A stretch of DNA of 62,917 nucleotides, filler included, from Pelomyxa schiedti (GCA_020536535.1; 12 parts of 12 records of this genome joined end to end with filler, not necessarily neighbours in it); one strand, 5' to 3'. Counted from the first letter of the whole stretch, positions 22,701-47,349 are shown. Numbers and translations are program-made. The notes: a model not told the origin generated them from the letters alone.

Positions 22701-25245
22701 TCAAACTCACTTCTAATGCCTTGTTAGAGGATGTTGAAACTGCAACTGCCATTTCCCAAGTTTCCACGGCATTTAAGTTACGAAGTCAATATATGACACC
22801 TCTTGATGTTGCAGAAGAAGACCTTTCCATTCCCTGCATTGTGTGTAAGTAATGTTCTTGTAGTGGCTAATTCGCACAGCATATATTTAAGATGCACAAT
22901 GGAATTATGCAACTTTTTGAAAGTCAGAAAGGTAGAGTCTCTGTTATCTCTGTGTTCTACTCCTAACAGATTGTCACAGTTCTGTGCAGTCATGATGAAG
23001 TTGAGATGGCTAATATGCATTGCGTTGATTGCAACAGGAATTTTTGCAAAGAGTGTTGCACTGTGCTGCATAAGTCACCTGCGAGTCACAACCACCGCAT
23101 TACTCCAATTAATGGTACGCCGTTGAATTGGATGTATCACACTGAACCAACATTCTTTAGTTGCAAGCCCAATGTTCTCTCCAGTACAATGGACAGAATT
23201 TGTCAATGATTACAAGCATCTAGTCGCAATATCATGCAATGGCCCTGCGCATTCTTTCACTTCACATCGATTGTCTATTCTTCGTGAAAGGTTTTCCATT
23301 ACCTTTGTCACATTACACAGCCTTAAATAAATTAGATTCCGCTTCCATCGGGTGACAAAAGACAAAGTGGAGGAAGCAAAAGTTAAAGAATCCGGGATTG
23401 ACTTCTACAATGTGACCAAAGTTGACACACATGTTCACGCCAACCGAGCCATGTCTGCAGAGCAACTGTATAATTTCATAATAGAAAAATTAAAGACAGA
23501 GGGTGATGTATGTATCTCTCTATTTCATTTCAAAAAAGTAACGGCATTAGCGGGTTGTGTTCAAAGATCTCAAGGGGGAGAAGAATGTTTCCCTAAGAAG
23601 GGCCTTTGTTCTTCTTGGATTGGATCCTGACCACTTGTCAAGAGATGCCTTAGGAGTCATGGTTTGTTGTTTTTTCACAGCCAACCTCGAATAACTCACA
23701 AGTTTTACAGTCCGGAGAAGAAACTTTCGAACGATTTGAAGTTTGGTTGGCCAAATATGATCCCTTTGGAAAGCCAGAACTCCGTAATTTGTTCCTGAGG
23801 GTCACTGAGAATGACATTGAAGGTGCTTACCTTGGGGAGTTGATAAGCACCACTGTGTTTAAGACACTGAGTACTACTCCATCAAACAAGACTGAACTGA
23901 GGGGCTCAATATCCGGCGGGTTGTGTTATTTTTTATGCTGTAACTCTCTATCCTAAATTAATTATTTCTTTACAGGGATCTCTCAGAGTGGGATACTCTT
24001 GCTAAGTGGGTTATACGTTACAATTTACTTTCTCCAAACAATAAATGGAGCATCCCCATACCTCGTGTGTATGGAGAACTGCTAAGAAAGGGGAAAATAC
24101 ACAATTTCCAAGAGTCTCTTCACAGTATATCCCAGATTTGTTATGTAAACATTTTCCTTTACCCATAGTGCACAGATATTTTTCAGCCCCTGTTTGAAGC
24201 GACGCAGAATCCTGACAAACATCCTGAGTTGACAGTATTCCTCCAAAATGTTGGAGGATTTGACACCATTGGTGATGAACATACAGTTGATGCTTCCTTA
24301 GACTCGGAGTGTGTTTGTATTTTTCAAAAGGTATCTATCTCACTTGTTGCAAGGTTACCTCTACCACAAAACTGGACTTCAGAAAAAAGTCCTCCCTATG
24401 GCTATTGGTTGTATTACCTTTACGGTATTGTTTCTATTAGACAATTTCTTCTTTTTACCAACTATTCATAGCAAATATTCGAATATTGAATTACTTCCGG
24501 TCCCTGAGAGGAATGAGTATGAGAACCCGAACATTTCTTTTTTCCCTAACCCTAATATTTTCCAGATGTGTTTACATTCAGGCCACACTGTGGGCAGTGC
24601 GGAGAAGTGTTTCACCTTGCAGCTGGTTACCTTCTCTCGGATGGAATTACACATGGAACCAACCTCGAAAAGTCACCTGTTCTCCAATATTTGTATATTC
24701 CCAACCCTCACTCTTTCTGGACTATACCCAGCGTTTTTTTAAAGGTACTACCTGAGCCAAATCGGAATTTCTTGCTGCCCACTCAGTGAGAGCAGTCTCT
24801 ACACCCGGTATGAGAAGTCTCCGTTCAACCGGTTCTTTGAGAAAGGCCTAGTAGTCACACTTTCCACTGACAACCCAATGCAACTCCATCTCACCTCTGA
24901 GCCGTTACTGGAGGAATATGCTACTGCGGCCCAGGTATATCTGATTACTTGTCAACCCGGAACTTTCTTTCCCTCATCATCGCTTTCTAGATGTTCAAAC
25001 TCAGCACCACCGACCAATCGGAATTGGCACTCAACAGTGTTATTGCATCCAGTTTCTCTGCTGTGGAAAAGGAGAAATGGATAGGCTCGTTTGTGGACTT
25101 CCCGGAATCCAACGGTAAGTATTCCTGACCACGTTCACTTTCATTGACAACAATAGATATCACAATGACCAATGTCCCGACTCTCAGGCTCGAATTCCGC
25201 TATGACTCGTGGCTTATAGAAATGACCCTCAACGACCTCCTCTAG
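19780..25245 (+). CDS. AMPD: AMP deaminase with two tandem AMPD domains and a B-box zinc finger in the second, about 30 introns; start approximate
   Basis: Domain 1: [51 protein letters not shown]. Domain 2: [44 protein letters not shown]. The junction at 22420-22850 splices in frame. Confidence 0.88.
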
Positions 25246-25279
25246 TAATTATTGGCTAATCAAAACACCAAGACTTAGT

Positions 25280-26935
25280 TCAGGATTTATTCCCCTTTGG
25301 TGATTTTTGTGGTGTTAGTGTCCCGGCACTGGGTTTGTGTCTCTTTGGAGTTTGCACAGGAATGGAATTCTCATCATCAACATCAATAGGGTTCAGTGGG
25401 TGCTCACCTTGTCGCTGCTGAGCACTTGTTGAAACTGCAGTTGTGGAGGTTTGTGGTGTTATTGCTTGTGATTGGGAGCTTGTGGTAGAATTTGAGGTTT
25501 CGATTGCTTGGGGTGATTCTGATTGTGATTCTGAGTCGGATGATGACGACGAGGAATCATGTAGTTTGCACCTGGGGCGTGGAATTGGTGTGTGTTTGAT
25601 GTGGGGCATCGGTTCCTCAGTGTGCTTTGGGTAGAATTTTCTGGCTACTTTTTCTATACAAGTGGGTACTTGGCACCTGTTTGTTTGGTTTTTTGTGCCA
25701 GTTATATCTTTGGTAAGGAGGACATACAAAACAATGCATCGTCCTGTGTGATCTCTCTTGGCATATGTCTCAATAAGGGACTCCATAAAGGCCACTTGCT
25801 GGTCAGAGGTGAGCCAACTCCACTCCTGGTCACTTATCAAATGAAAGAAAGGGTAAAAGAAAGGAATACCTTGACATAGAAATCACTGGCTTTCCAAGAA
25901 GAGGTCTTATTCTTGTTGGCCGCAAGAAGTGCCTGTAGTTGGTTCCTTGTGGAGAGCGGTGTTGCTTCATTGAAGAACCGAATGCACCGAATTCCTTGCT
26001 TCCAGTGACGTTGGGAAGCCGTCGGACACTGTGAAGACAGCTCAGCCAGGATTTGATCTTTCGACCAATCCGGGTGGTTTTTCCTGTTGAAAATGAGTCG
26101 GTTGTTGGAGGAGGAGAGAAGGAACAGAGGGCTACACACTCGATTTCTTCTTCTTTGCTGCATATTGTGACAAAGTCGAAATATGTGTTGGATGTTTGGT
26201 GGTGGATCCGTAATTTGAGTTGCTCGTTTGCCGTCTGCAGTGCCTGGTTTGTTTCTGTCAGAGTTTTCAATTCTTCTTTTAGTCTGGTGTTCTCTTTCAG
26301 AAGCCCAACAACAAACTCCTGGATGGCCGTACATTTGTCAATGTGTGTCACTTGTTCTTTTCTTTTTCCATTCCATTTGCACAAAAAGACAGAAAACGGG
26401 CACCGAACCTTATCGGTGAGTGAATATGAGATGGAATGGAGAGATGTACCATGGTTTCCGGACAGATGGTGCTGTGATCTGCTTGGTCTTTTGGGGCAAT
26501 ATGCTGACCGCATCCTTGCGGGCATTCTAAAGGATATGTTACTTATAATGAAAATAAACGGTGCAGGGAAAAAAAAGGAAACCGGAGTTGGGCACACCAA
26601 TTGGGCATGACAGTTTGTGCTCCATCAAGGATTTCCGGGGCACAGAGGCTAAGCATTGCTCACAGTGCACGGCATTTCCCGGGCAGGTTTCGTTGTGGAC
26701 CTTCAAATCTGAAGGTGCAACGAGTTCCTCACAACCATTTGGGCAATCTTTTTTTTTCCCCCCGTAATTACTGTTTAAGTAATTAAAGTACATTGAAGTA
26801 CACACCAGTTGGACAGTGATTATAGTGATCAATGACATCCACCCTCTTCACAGATATCTGACATGATGGGCAAACCACAAGTAAACCGTTCAACTTTGTC
26901 GAGTCAGTGAATGAATTGAATGTGAAGTAGGTCTA
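25280..26935 (-). CDS. TRAF-type zinc finger and coiled-coil protein, spliced; 5' part (probably RING) missing beyond the contig end
   Basis: KLNGLLVVCPSCQISVKRVDVIDHYNHCP|DCPNGCEELVAPSDLKVHNETCP..VHCEQCLASVPRKSLMEHKLSCP; coiled coil LLKENTRLKEELKTLTETNQAL. Confidence 0.7.
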
Positions 26936-26954
26936 AAAAAAAAAACATTCCTAA

Positions 26955-26960
<6 letters not shown>

Positions 26961-26985
<25 letters not shown>

Positions 26986-27074
26986 CAAAACAAAACAAAA
27001 CAAAACAAAACAAAACAAAACAAAACAAAACAAAACAAAACAAAACAAAACAAAACAAAACAAAACAAAACAAA
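26961..27074. repeat. (CAAAA)n microsatellite at contig end
   Basis: More than 20 perfect units, directly visible. Confidence 0.98.
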
Positions 27075-27174
27075 NNNNNNNNNNNNNNNNNNNNNNNNNN
27101 NNNNNNNNNNNNNNNNNNTTAATTAATTAANNNNNNNNNNNNNNNNNNNNNNNNNNNNNNNNNNNNNNNNNNNN

Positions 27175-27755
27175 AGAATCTCTAGGCAAGGTTGAATCAC
27201 GCACACAAAGCAGGCAGGTACCTCCAAAAAATACCGCACTGTTATGGCAGAGTTCCACATACTGGTCGTAGGTACTCTGCCCTCAAACCATCCTGAAAAA
27301 TGTTATGAGTGACACAACAGAAATCAACAGAAACAGTACCTTGAAACTCCGAGAGGAGGCTGAAACAGCACTTTGTCCCAAAAACGTGGGTGTGCTCGAA
27401 GGTGTGAGCCAAGGAGACCTCGAAGGCGTTAAGGTTGAACGTTTGTCAAGGCGGAAAACGTTAAACCTTGGGCGGAAAGTTAGGGTACGTGTCGTCAAAC
27501 GATATCCAGAAGTGCAACACGAGGCCCGGGAACTCAGACTCGTCTGCGGCCAATCAAAAATGTTGAAAAATGAAGGGTGCAAACAAACCAGGGAAAAAGA
27601 TGTTGCAACACCACTCCTTGATGTTGTTCTCCGAGGGTGCTGCGTTAACCCTGTACAACGGGTGGCTCACAAGTTCCACATAGTGCTATACAAGATAGAT
27701 CTTAGTACTCCCAAAGAGCATCAAACTCTACCTTCTGCAAGAACTTGACCGCCAT
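27175..27755 (-). CDS. Ubiquitin-conjugating (UBC/E2) domain protein, spliced, 3'-truncated
   Basis: Spliced MAVKFLQKHYVELVSHPLYRVNAAPSENNIKEWCCNIFFPDESEFPGLVLHFWISFDDTYPNFPPKVSLAHTFEHTHVFGTKCCFSLL..WNSAITVRYFL follows the UBC motif order (YPxxPPKV, H-x-x-V, C-[FL]-S-L-L, W). Confidence 0.8.
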
Positions 27756-28056
27756 GGCTATTTGACTGTACGACCTCGGTTTTTTGTGGAAAAATGGTTC
27801 GTACAGGAACGGGAAAAAACCCCTGCAGGGGTTTCAGGTCAGAACAAACAACAATCTCGAAAAAAAAAGTCTTCTCAGAGCGTGACAAGATTTTTATACT
27901 CATGGGTAGTTAGTACAATGGAAAATCATCATGAGGCACTCGCACCTCAAGGGGTTCTGTTCGGTTCAGACACAGAGGCTCTTCCTGTAAGTTCTAATTG
28001 TGGGATGGTGCACCAGTTAGGAGAAAACAATACGCCTAAGGGAAACACACAGGCCG

Positions 28057-29394
28057 ATGGAGCACGTGCTCAGGGACGCCGCAACAGCGATCGTGACGAT
28101 CGAAGGGTGGGACACATCGCGCATCGCCACATACGCAGTACCGTCGACGACTGTACCGACGGCCAAGTCACAAGTCCTCGCAATGTTGTGCGCCACGCTC
28201 CCACCGCCACCACCACATGTTGTCCGACAACCCCCGTCATCGCCGTCGTCACCATCAGCAACAACGATGGCAGCTCAACAAACAGCAACAACGGCGATGA
28301 GAGAGTGGGCACAGTCGACTGCTATTTTCAGGGCCTGGGCTCAGGACTGGGTGCTCAGGCCTGTGGGCGCTGGTGCCGCGTTCCGGCTTCCCATAGTTGC
28401 GGGAGGTCGGCGCGACAACCACCGCAAATGGCTGCTGTGCGTGAGCCTGTCGCCAACCCTGGGGCTCACCAGCCGCTGCCTTGTCTTCTGCGACCGCGTT
28501 CGTCCCGTCTTGGGCTGGGTTGGCACCAATTCCCTGCTGATTCTGCAGGAGTCCGTCCTCGGCAACTCCTACGACTGCAACGGGAAGTGGATTGTGGGAT
28601 ACCGCCCCACTCCGCAATTGCGCGTCCGCAGGGTCGAAAAGAGCGCCGACGAGGCTATTTTTGGCCCTGAGATATTTGGCCCAGAGGTGGTTGTTCCACT
28701 ATCACGTGGAAGCTTCCACGGATTCAGGTTCTCGCCTCTTAGTGATGACGTTCTGGTATTACATGGTACAGATTCTCCAAGTGGAAATGGTTTTGTTTCA
28801 TTTGTGGACTTGGAAGCAACTGTGAAAAAGAAGGTGTGTGTAATCATTTCAAAGAGCACTATTTGTGGGATTACCTTTCCCCCAAAGAGTGTAATTGGTG
28901 CCACTTGGTCTGCTTATGATGGTTCAATGTGTGCAATGACTAGGAATGTAATCCAACATTCTGTGACACTTGTGGAACCAGCAACAGGAGACACACTAGG
29001 TTGGTTTCCACCATTCACTGATGTGGAGCCCATAGGCAAGTCACACCTGTTCATCCCCCCAAAGCCAGCACTGAAGCACGAGGAGGACGAATGGACACAC
29101 ATGTTCAGGGTTTACCAAATTGGTGACCTAACAAAGCCATCCCTTTGTGTGCCATGCACTTGGGCTTGTCCAAGTAGCCAATCAGGCCTCATTCTGTCAA
29201 CATCAGTCAGTGACCGAAAGCCATCCCTTTCCATGCCAGCTACTTGCTCAAGTAAACAGTCATGCCTCATTCCCATACCCAGTTTCATTGAAGAGTCCAC
29301 CCAGTTGCACTTCTCACTCCATGATGCAGCCACAGGTCTCCATTTGGGTGTGTTTACTGTCCCAGTGTCGTTTCCCTTCCACTTTGACCCATGA
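28057..29394 (+). CDS. Intronless 445 aa expanded-family member
   Basis: TAKSQVLAMLCA..REWAQSTAIFRAWAQDWVLRP, LSPTLG, CNGKWIV, FSPLSDDV, VPCTWA, LHDAATG; clearly paralogous to 51094-52272. Confidence 0.85.
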   Translation: MEHVLRDAATAIVTIEGWDTSRIATYAVPSTTVPTAKSQVLAMLCATLPPPPPHVVRQPPSSPSSPSATTMAAQQTATTAMREWAQSTAIFRAWAQDWVLRPVGAGAAFRLPIVAGGRRDNHRKWLLCVSLSPTLGLTSRCLVFCDRVRPVLGWVGTNSLLILQESVLGNSYDCNGKWIVGYRPTPQLRVRRVEKSADEAIFGPEIFGPEVVVPLSRGSFHGFRFSPLSDDVLVLHGTDSPSGNGFVSFVDLEATVKKKVCVIISKSTICGITFPPKSVIGATWSAYDGSMCAMTRNVIQHSVTLVEPATGDTLGWFPPFTDVEPIGKSHLFIPPKPALKHEEDEWTHMFRVYQIGDLTKPSLCVPCTWACPSSQSGLILSTSVSDRKPSLSMPATCSSKQSCLIPIPSFIEESTQLHFSLHDAATGLHLGVFTVPVSFPFHFDP

Positions 29395-29939
29395 TTGTTT
29401 TCTGTGGCACTCTGTTATGCTGGTTTTCCCTTGAAGGCATAATAATAAACCCAAACCACTTAATGTTATTATGGCGTTCTTGCATAGTGGCTTTGGAGGT
29501 ATCGAGTTATCTGCAAGATTATAGTGCAAAGGAGCGTTCTGGTATGGTGGAATCGTTATGTTGATCGTGATGTTGTGGAATGGCGTATTCAGCCGACACA
29601 GAAGCGGACATTTTCGGCATGGGAGCGGATATGTCCGGCACTGAAGCAGCACTACGAGCATGCACCCTGCAATGAGATTAGACAAAGATCTCATCAACTG
29701 AGCAGAAAGGGGAAAGAAGTGACTGTAGTCCATCCCCGGTGTTTTCGGAACTGCGAACTCACCGAGGATTTTCTATGTATAGGAGATTGTATCCTTTCTC
29801 GAATCTGTTTTGGGAATCCCCTAAACTTAGGGAAAACGCATTATGTGCATGTTTCATAACATGATGATGTTTTCTTCTTCTTCTAAGCGTCTCAATAAGA
29901 AACATTAAACATTAATTCGTGTTATCGGCAAACGGGTGT

Positions 29940-31477
29940 ATGAGAACTCGGACTGTGCTGGTGTGGTTGTGTTTCGTTGGCTCCAGTTTCGGTGCGCATT
30001 CCTTTTTTTGTTGTGCCAACAACTCAGTTGTTGTGTAGGTCAAATATGTTCAGTTTTCACCACAGTCACTCTCCCATACCATGGGTTGGGCACCTTGAAT
30101 ACCTCAGCCCCAACACCAACTCCATGTTCGCCGACTCAAACTTACCGTGGTTTGTAGCACCTTTTTACAGGAAAAACCAAAACCCAGCCAATTTCTTTCA
30201 CTAGGTGACCAGTACAAGTTCTCTGTGCCTGCCGAGGGAACGTTGACAGTGACTCTTTCGCTCACTGGCTACGACTGGTACCTGGAACTGGCAACTGGTG
30301 CTTGTGAATGCTTCAGTGAAGTGAGCTTTTCGATTTAACGGCAATGCAATTCCCACTTTCCCCAAAGGGTCAGTCAACAATAGAAGTCGCTCTTACCAGC
30401 AGTGGAGAGTACATTGCGGTTGTTTCCCAGAACTCGGAGATTGAGTTTGGGAATTATGTACTTGATATCTACGTGGTCCCGCCACTTGGGACGTCATCAG
30501 AATCACTGTCATCTTCATTGGAATCCTCATCTCAGTCATCATCTCATTCCCTATCTTTGTCATCCTCTTCTCACTCGTCATCATCCATTTCACAGTCATC
30601 CTCCAATTCCCCATCTTTATCATCATCCATTTCACAGTCATCCTCCAATTCCCTATCTTTATCATCATCTCTATCACAGTCATCATCGGGTTCTCTTTCT
30701 CAGTCACTGTATTCTCAGTCATCGTCACATTCAGTTTCTTTGTCATCACCCCATTCCCTATCTTTGTCCCAATCGTCTTCTGAGTCAATTTCACAATCAC
30801 AACCACTATCGTCATCAAGTTCATTCTTGGTATCTGGTTCCGCCTCACGAAGTGAATCAGAGTCCCAGTCAAATTCTGAGTCAGTTTCCCGATCTCTATC
30901 ACTCTCAGAATCTCTTCTGCAATCACCATCCATTTCAGAATCAGTGTCGTCATCAAACTCACAGTCTTTCATGACCTCAGATTCCCACTCTGGGTCAAAC
31001 TCACAGTCCTCTTCCCTCTCACAGTCCTGCTCACGCTCACTTTCCAATTCTCAGTCAGCATCAATGTCCGATTCTGAATCAACCTCACAGTCACATTCAG
31101 AATCACAGTCCTCTCTCCTTTCTCTCTCCAAGTCACTTTCAACGTCCTCTTCCACTTCAGAATCGATATCCACTTCAACATCCACTTCAGAATCGGTATC
31201 CACTTCAACATCCACATCATCCTCAGCCGATCTTTCACAGCCATCATCATCCTCCTCTTCTTCGTCAGTCATTTTGAGCACTTCAGTCATTAGCACCAGC
31301 AGTGACAGCAGCAAGGAGAGCATTTCAGGAGGGTGGTGGGTGGTGCTTTCGTTTGGGTTTGTTGCTGTGTTTGGAGGGTGTGCGTTTGGTGCGTACATCA
31401 CACACATGTGGTGCAGAGCCAGAAAGAACACCAACTCACTCCCTGATTCAACGGAATTGAATGATTTGCACGTGTAA
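29940..31477 (+). CDS. Type I membrane protein: signal peptide, small extracellular beta-domain, Ser-rich stalk, one TM helix, short tail
   Basis: MRTRTVLVWLCFVGSSFG signal-like start; spliced exons; ~270 aa Ser-rich tract; TM WWVVLSFGFVAVFGGCAFGAYI; tail RARK..ELNDLHV*. Confidence 0.75.
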
Positions 31478-31876
31478 CACACGATGAGTTAAATTTTGAT
31501 TTGCCGTGAAGGTAACATTTGGTGTCGCGGTTTCCGTCCTTCAAGCGAACGTTGGTTACGAAACTCAGACCCGCTACACCCGATGCACCTTTCGCCATCA
31601 CCAGCGCGAACCTTTCTCTGAATGTAATCTGTGGTTCTGAATTCCAGTTGCGCCAACACCTTTTCTGCCTTTACGGCACAGTGACACTGGTAGGTGGGCT
31701 TCTTGAGCACCTGCCAGTGGCAGCAACAAAGAAAACAAAAGGCTTGAAGGAACGGGTGACAACACCCATGGTGATACTGACGTCGGTTGTCACCGCCGCA
31801 CAAACACCATGAGCACTACCACAGTCACAACAAAACCACGAACCAAAAAAAAACCTGCCAACCAAACACCACATTT

Positions 31877-32494
31877 TCAAGCATCAAGGTTGTGGCACAG
31901 CCAGTCAACAGCTTCTTGTATTCCCAGGCCAAATGTTGCACTGCTTTGCATCACAGTCCACTTCCTGCCTGTCATTGTGTCTGCTCTTGTACTGAGGCCA
32001 AGCCTCTCAGCAATCACGGACCCCTCAACGGCTCCTGGTAGGTCCTGCTTGTTGGCTAGAACAAGTACTGAGGCACATGCAACAAGCCTCTGTTGTTTAA
32101 GGAGGTTGTGGAGCTCAAAATTGGCATCACTCAGTGCTTCTGTGTCGTTACTATCTACTACAAATATAAGCCCAGCCGGTGTATTCTGCATATACTGCAC
32201 CGACTTTAGTATTTTGAAGAAATAGGTTCCAACAATTACTACGGGACCTTCTGTATTGGGTGACTTTACCTGTAGCCACAGAGGCTTTATGTTATATTGG
32301 CCCACAAAATCAAACACGGTGAAGTGAACCTTGGAGTTCCTTGTTTTGTAGATTGCAGTCTCCCAATTGTCAGCCATAGTAGTCACCCCGTTGGGGCACA
32401 ACCAATCAACAACAGTGGTCTTTCCAGCACCAAAAAGTCCCACGACAATCACATGCAAATCGCGCCCCCGCTCCGTTGTCAATGACCCTCCCAT
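31877..32494 (-). CDS. Divergent Arf/Arl-family small GTPase with one in-frame intron (~32195-32270)
   Basis: MG start, VIVVGLFGAGKTT, FDFVGQ..IKPLW, GLIFVVDSND, VLVLANKQDLPGA, SSATFGLGIQEAVDWL. Confidence 0.88.
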   Translation of the reverse strand: MGGSLTTERGRDLHVIVVGLFGAGKTTVVDWLCPNGVTTMADNWETAIYKTRNSKVHFTVFDFVGQYNIKPLWLQVKSPNTEGPVVIVGTYFFKILKSVQYMQNTPAGLIFVVDSNDTEALSDANFELHNLLKQQRLVACASVLVLANKQDLPGAVEGSVIAERLGLSTRADTMTGRKWTVMQSSATFGLGIQEAVDWLCHNLDA

Positions 32495-32657
32495 GTGCTC
32501 GTACTCTCTTTGTTTCTTTTTTAAAAATAATAATATCTCAATTATTATTTACAAACGGCCCTTCAAATTGATTTTGCGAGTGTGAATTGTTTGATTGATA
32601 TTTGTTGCATAAACTTTGAGCGTGGAGGGGCTATGGTGACTTGTGTGGTTGTGGTTA

Positions 32658-45895
<13,238 letters not shown>

Positions 45896-46140
45896 CACTA
45901 CGGAGAGAGCGATAAATAAATATTTTTCTGTTTTCTCCTAAAGGATTTTTGTTTTTTCTTCTGAGGGCAAGGACTTGAATACTCAAGGAACTGCCTTGGG
46001 GAAGATCTGCCTTACAATCTAATTTGCACTTTGCATACAAACCCACAAATTAGATTTAAAATTCCAAAATGCTTTGTTTGTTCCTGCCAAATCAAATCTT
46101 AGTCAATATAATACACAGTGTGTTTAAGTGAGAAGACGGT

Positions 46141-47172
46141 TTACACAAGACGGCTGCTGCTGCCTCTGACAGACCCTGTTGTTGAGTTAGGAGTGTATCA
46201 AATAAAACGAAAAAGAGAGATTGGGGGAGGGTGAAACAAAAAAAAAAGGAAAAGCGGAATTGAAGGTTATAAGATAACATACAAATTGTGACAGGGGTTG
46301 ATTGAGCACCAACTGCGTTTACTGACACAATCACACCCTTTGTGGTGATATACACCCTGGCTCCAGACTGTGCCCCGCAGTGCACCTCGACTGTGCCCTT
46401 TGTGTAGTCACATGTGGCTGGGTCCAGCGTGGACAGGGATGTCCGGGCTTGTGTGAGTCCGCACGTGGTTACTACCATAAGGTCGTCCTTATCAGGTGTC
46501 AGAGAGTAAAGCTGCCCACTTTGTGCTGTTTGTGTTGTAAGCTGATATATGTTTAAAAAATAACCACACTATCCTTAACTGGCCGGCACTTTATTTACAT
46601 CGAAAAATGGTGCTTACATAAAAACAAAGGGAAAAAAAAAAAATCAAAAATTAATAAGTGGTGGAGGCCAACAAACCTTGAAATGAGACCGGCAGGGCAC
46701 CAGTGACTGGAATGGCGTCTCCACAGGGAGTACTATAAACATTGTGGGCCACCACGGCAGCCGCGGCACCAACAGTAAGTACTTTTACCGTCACAGGCCC
46801 CTGCTCCCGGTCCCCTAATTCTTTCCACGCCACGTCGGTCACGGCCGAACTTCTGACCACTTTGAGAATCGACGCCGCCCAGGCGCCCCGGCCCAAACGA
46901 GTGGCTCCCTCCTCGATGATGTTGTTGTTGTTGTTCTCGTTTGTGTTTGCTGTGGCGGCAGCGAAATTATCGACTCGACCTCCTCCTCCTGCTGCTGCCG
47001 CTCGTGCTTGTGGCGAGACGGCACCGTCGTCGGTGTTCGCGGATGTCGCCGATTGGTGGATGAAGAGACACGCGGAAGCGACGACGAGAACGGCCGCCAC
47101 GCACAGTGCGAAGACGACGACGAGTCTCTTTTTTGTGGTGGCACCCCAACACGCGTAGCGGCGTGGGATCAT
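46141..47172 (-). CDS. Type II membrane or secreted protein of unknown function, copy A (spliced)
   Basis: MIPRRYACWGATTKKRLVVVFALCVAAVLVVASACLFI (basic residues then TM); downstream exon TTCGLTQARTSL..CGAQSGARVYIT; paralog at 48768-49979. Confidence 0.7.
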
Positions 47173-47349
47173 GTGTGTTTTTGGGGTGTGCTGGGACGCG
47201 AGTTTCGGGTGATCAAACCGTCAGGTGTTATTTCAGGAACAATGAAACATCTGATGAATAATAGTTTAAGATTTCCATCAACGTAATCCGTCGACCGGAA
47301 CGTTCCGGCTGTAATTTTCCTAGTAGTAATCTCAGATAGGTCGGACGAC

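Noticed and set aside
27762-28670. 302-aa ORF overlapping the 28057 gene
   Set aside because: The 28057 frame is the one conserved with paralogs; this frame shows no such conservation.
30393-31482. Long antisense and alternative-frame ORFs over the Ser-rich gene
   Set aside because: Expected from TCA/TCN low-complexity codons; no independent coding signal.
31500-31830. Possible family pseudogene fragment (DVSITMGVV resembles vSxTLGvv)
   Set aside because: Single short motif, no supporting N-terminal motif, and the frame is interrupted.
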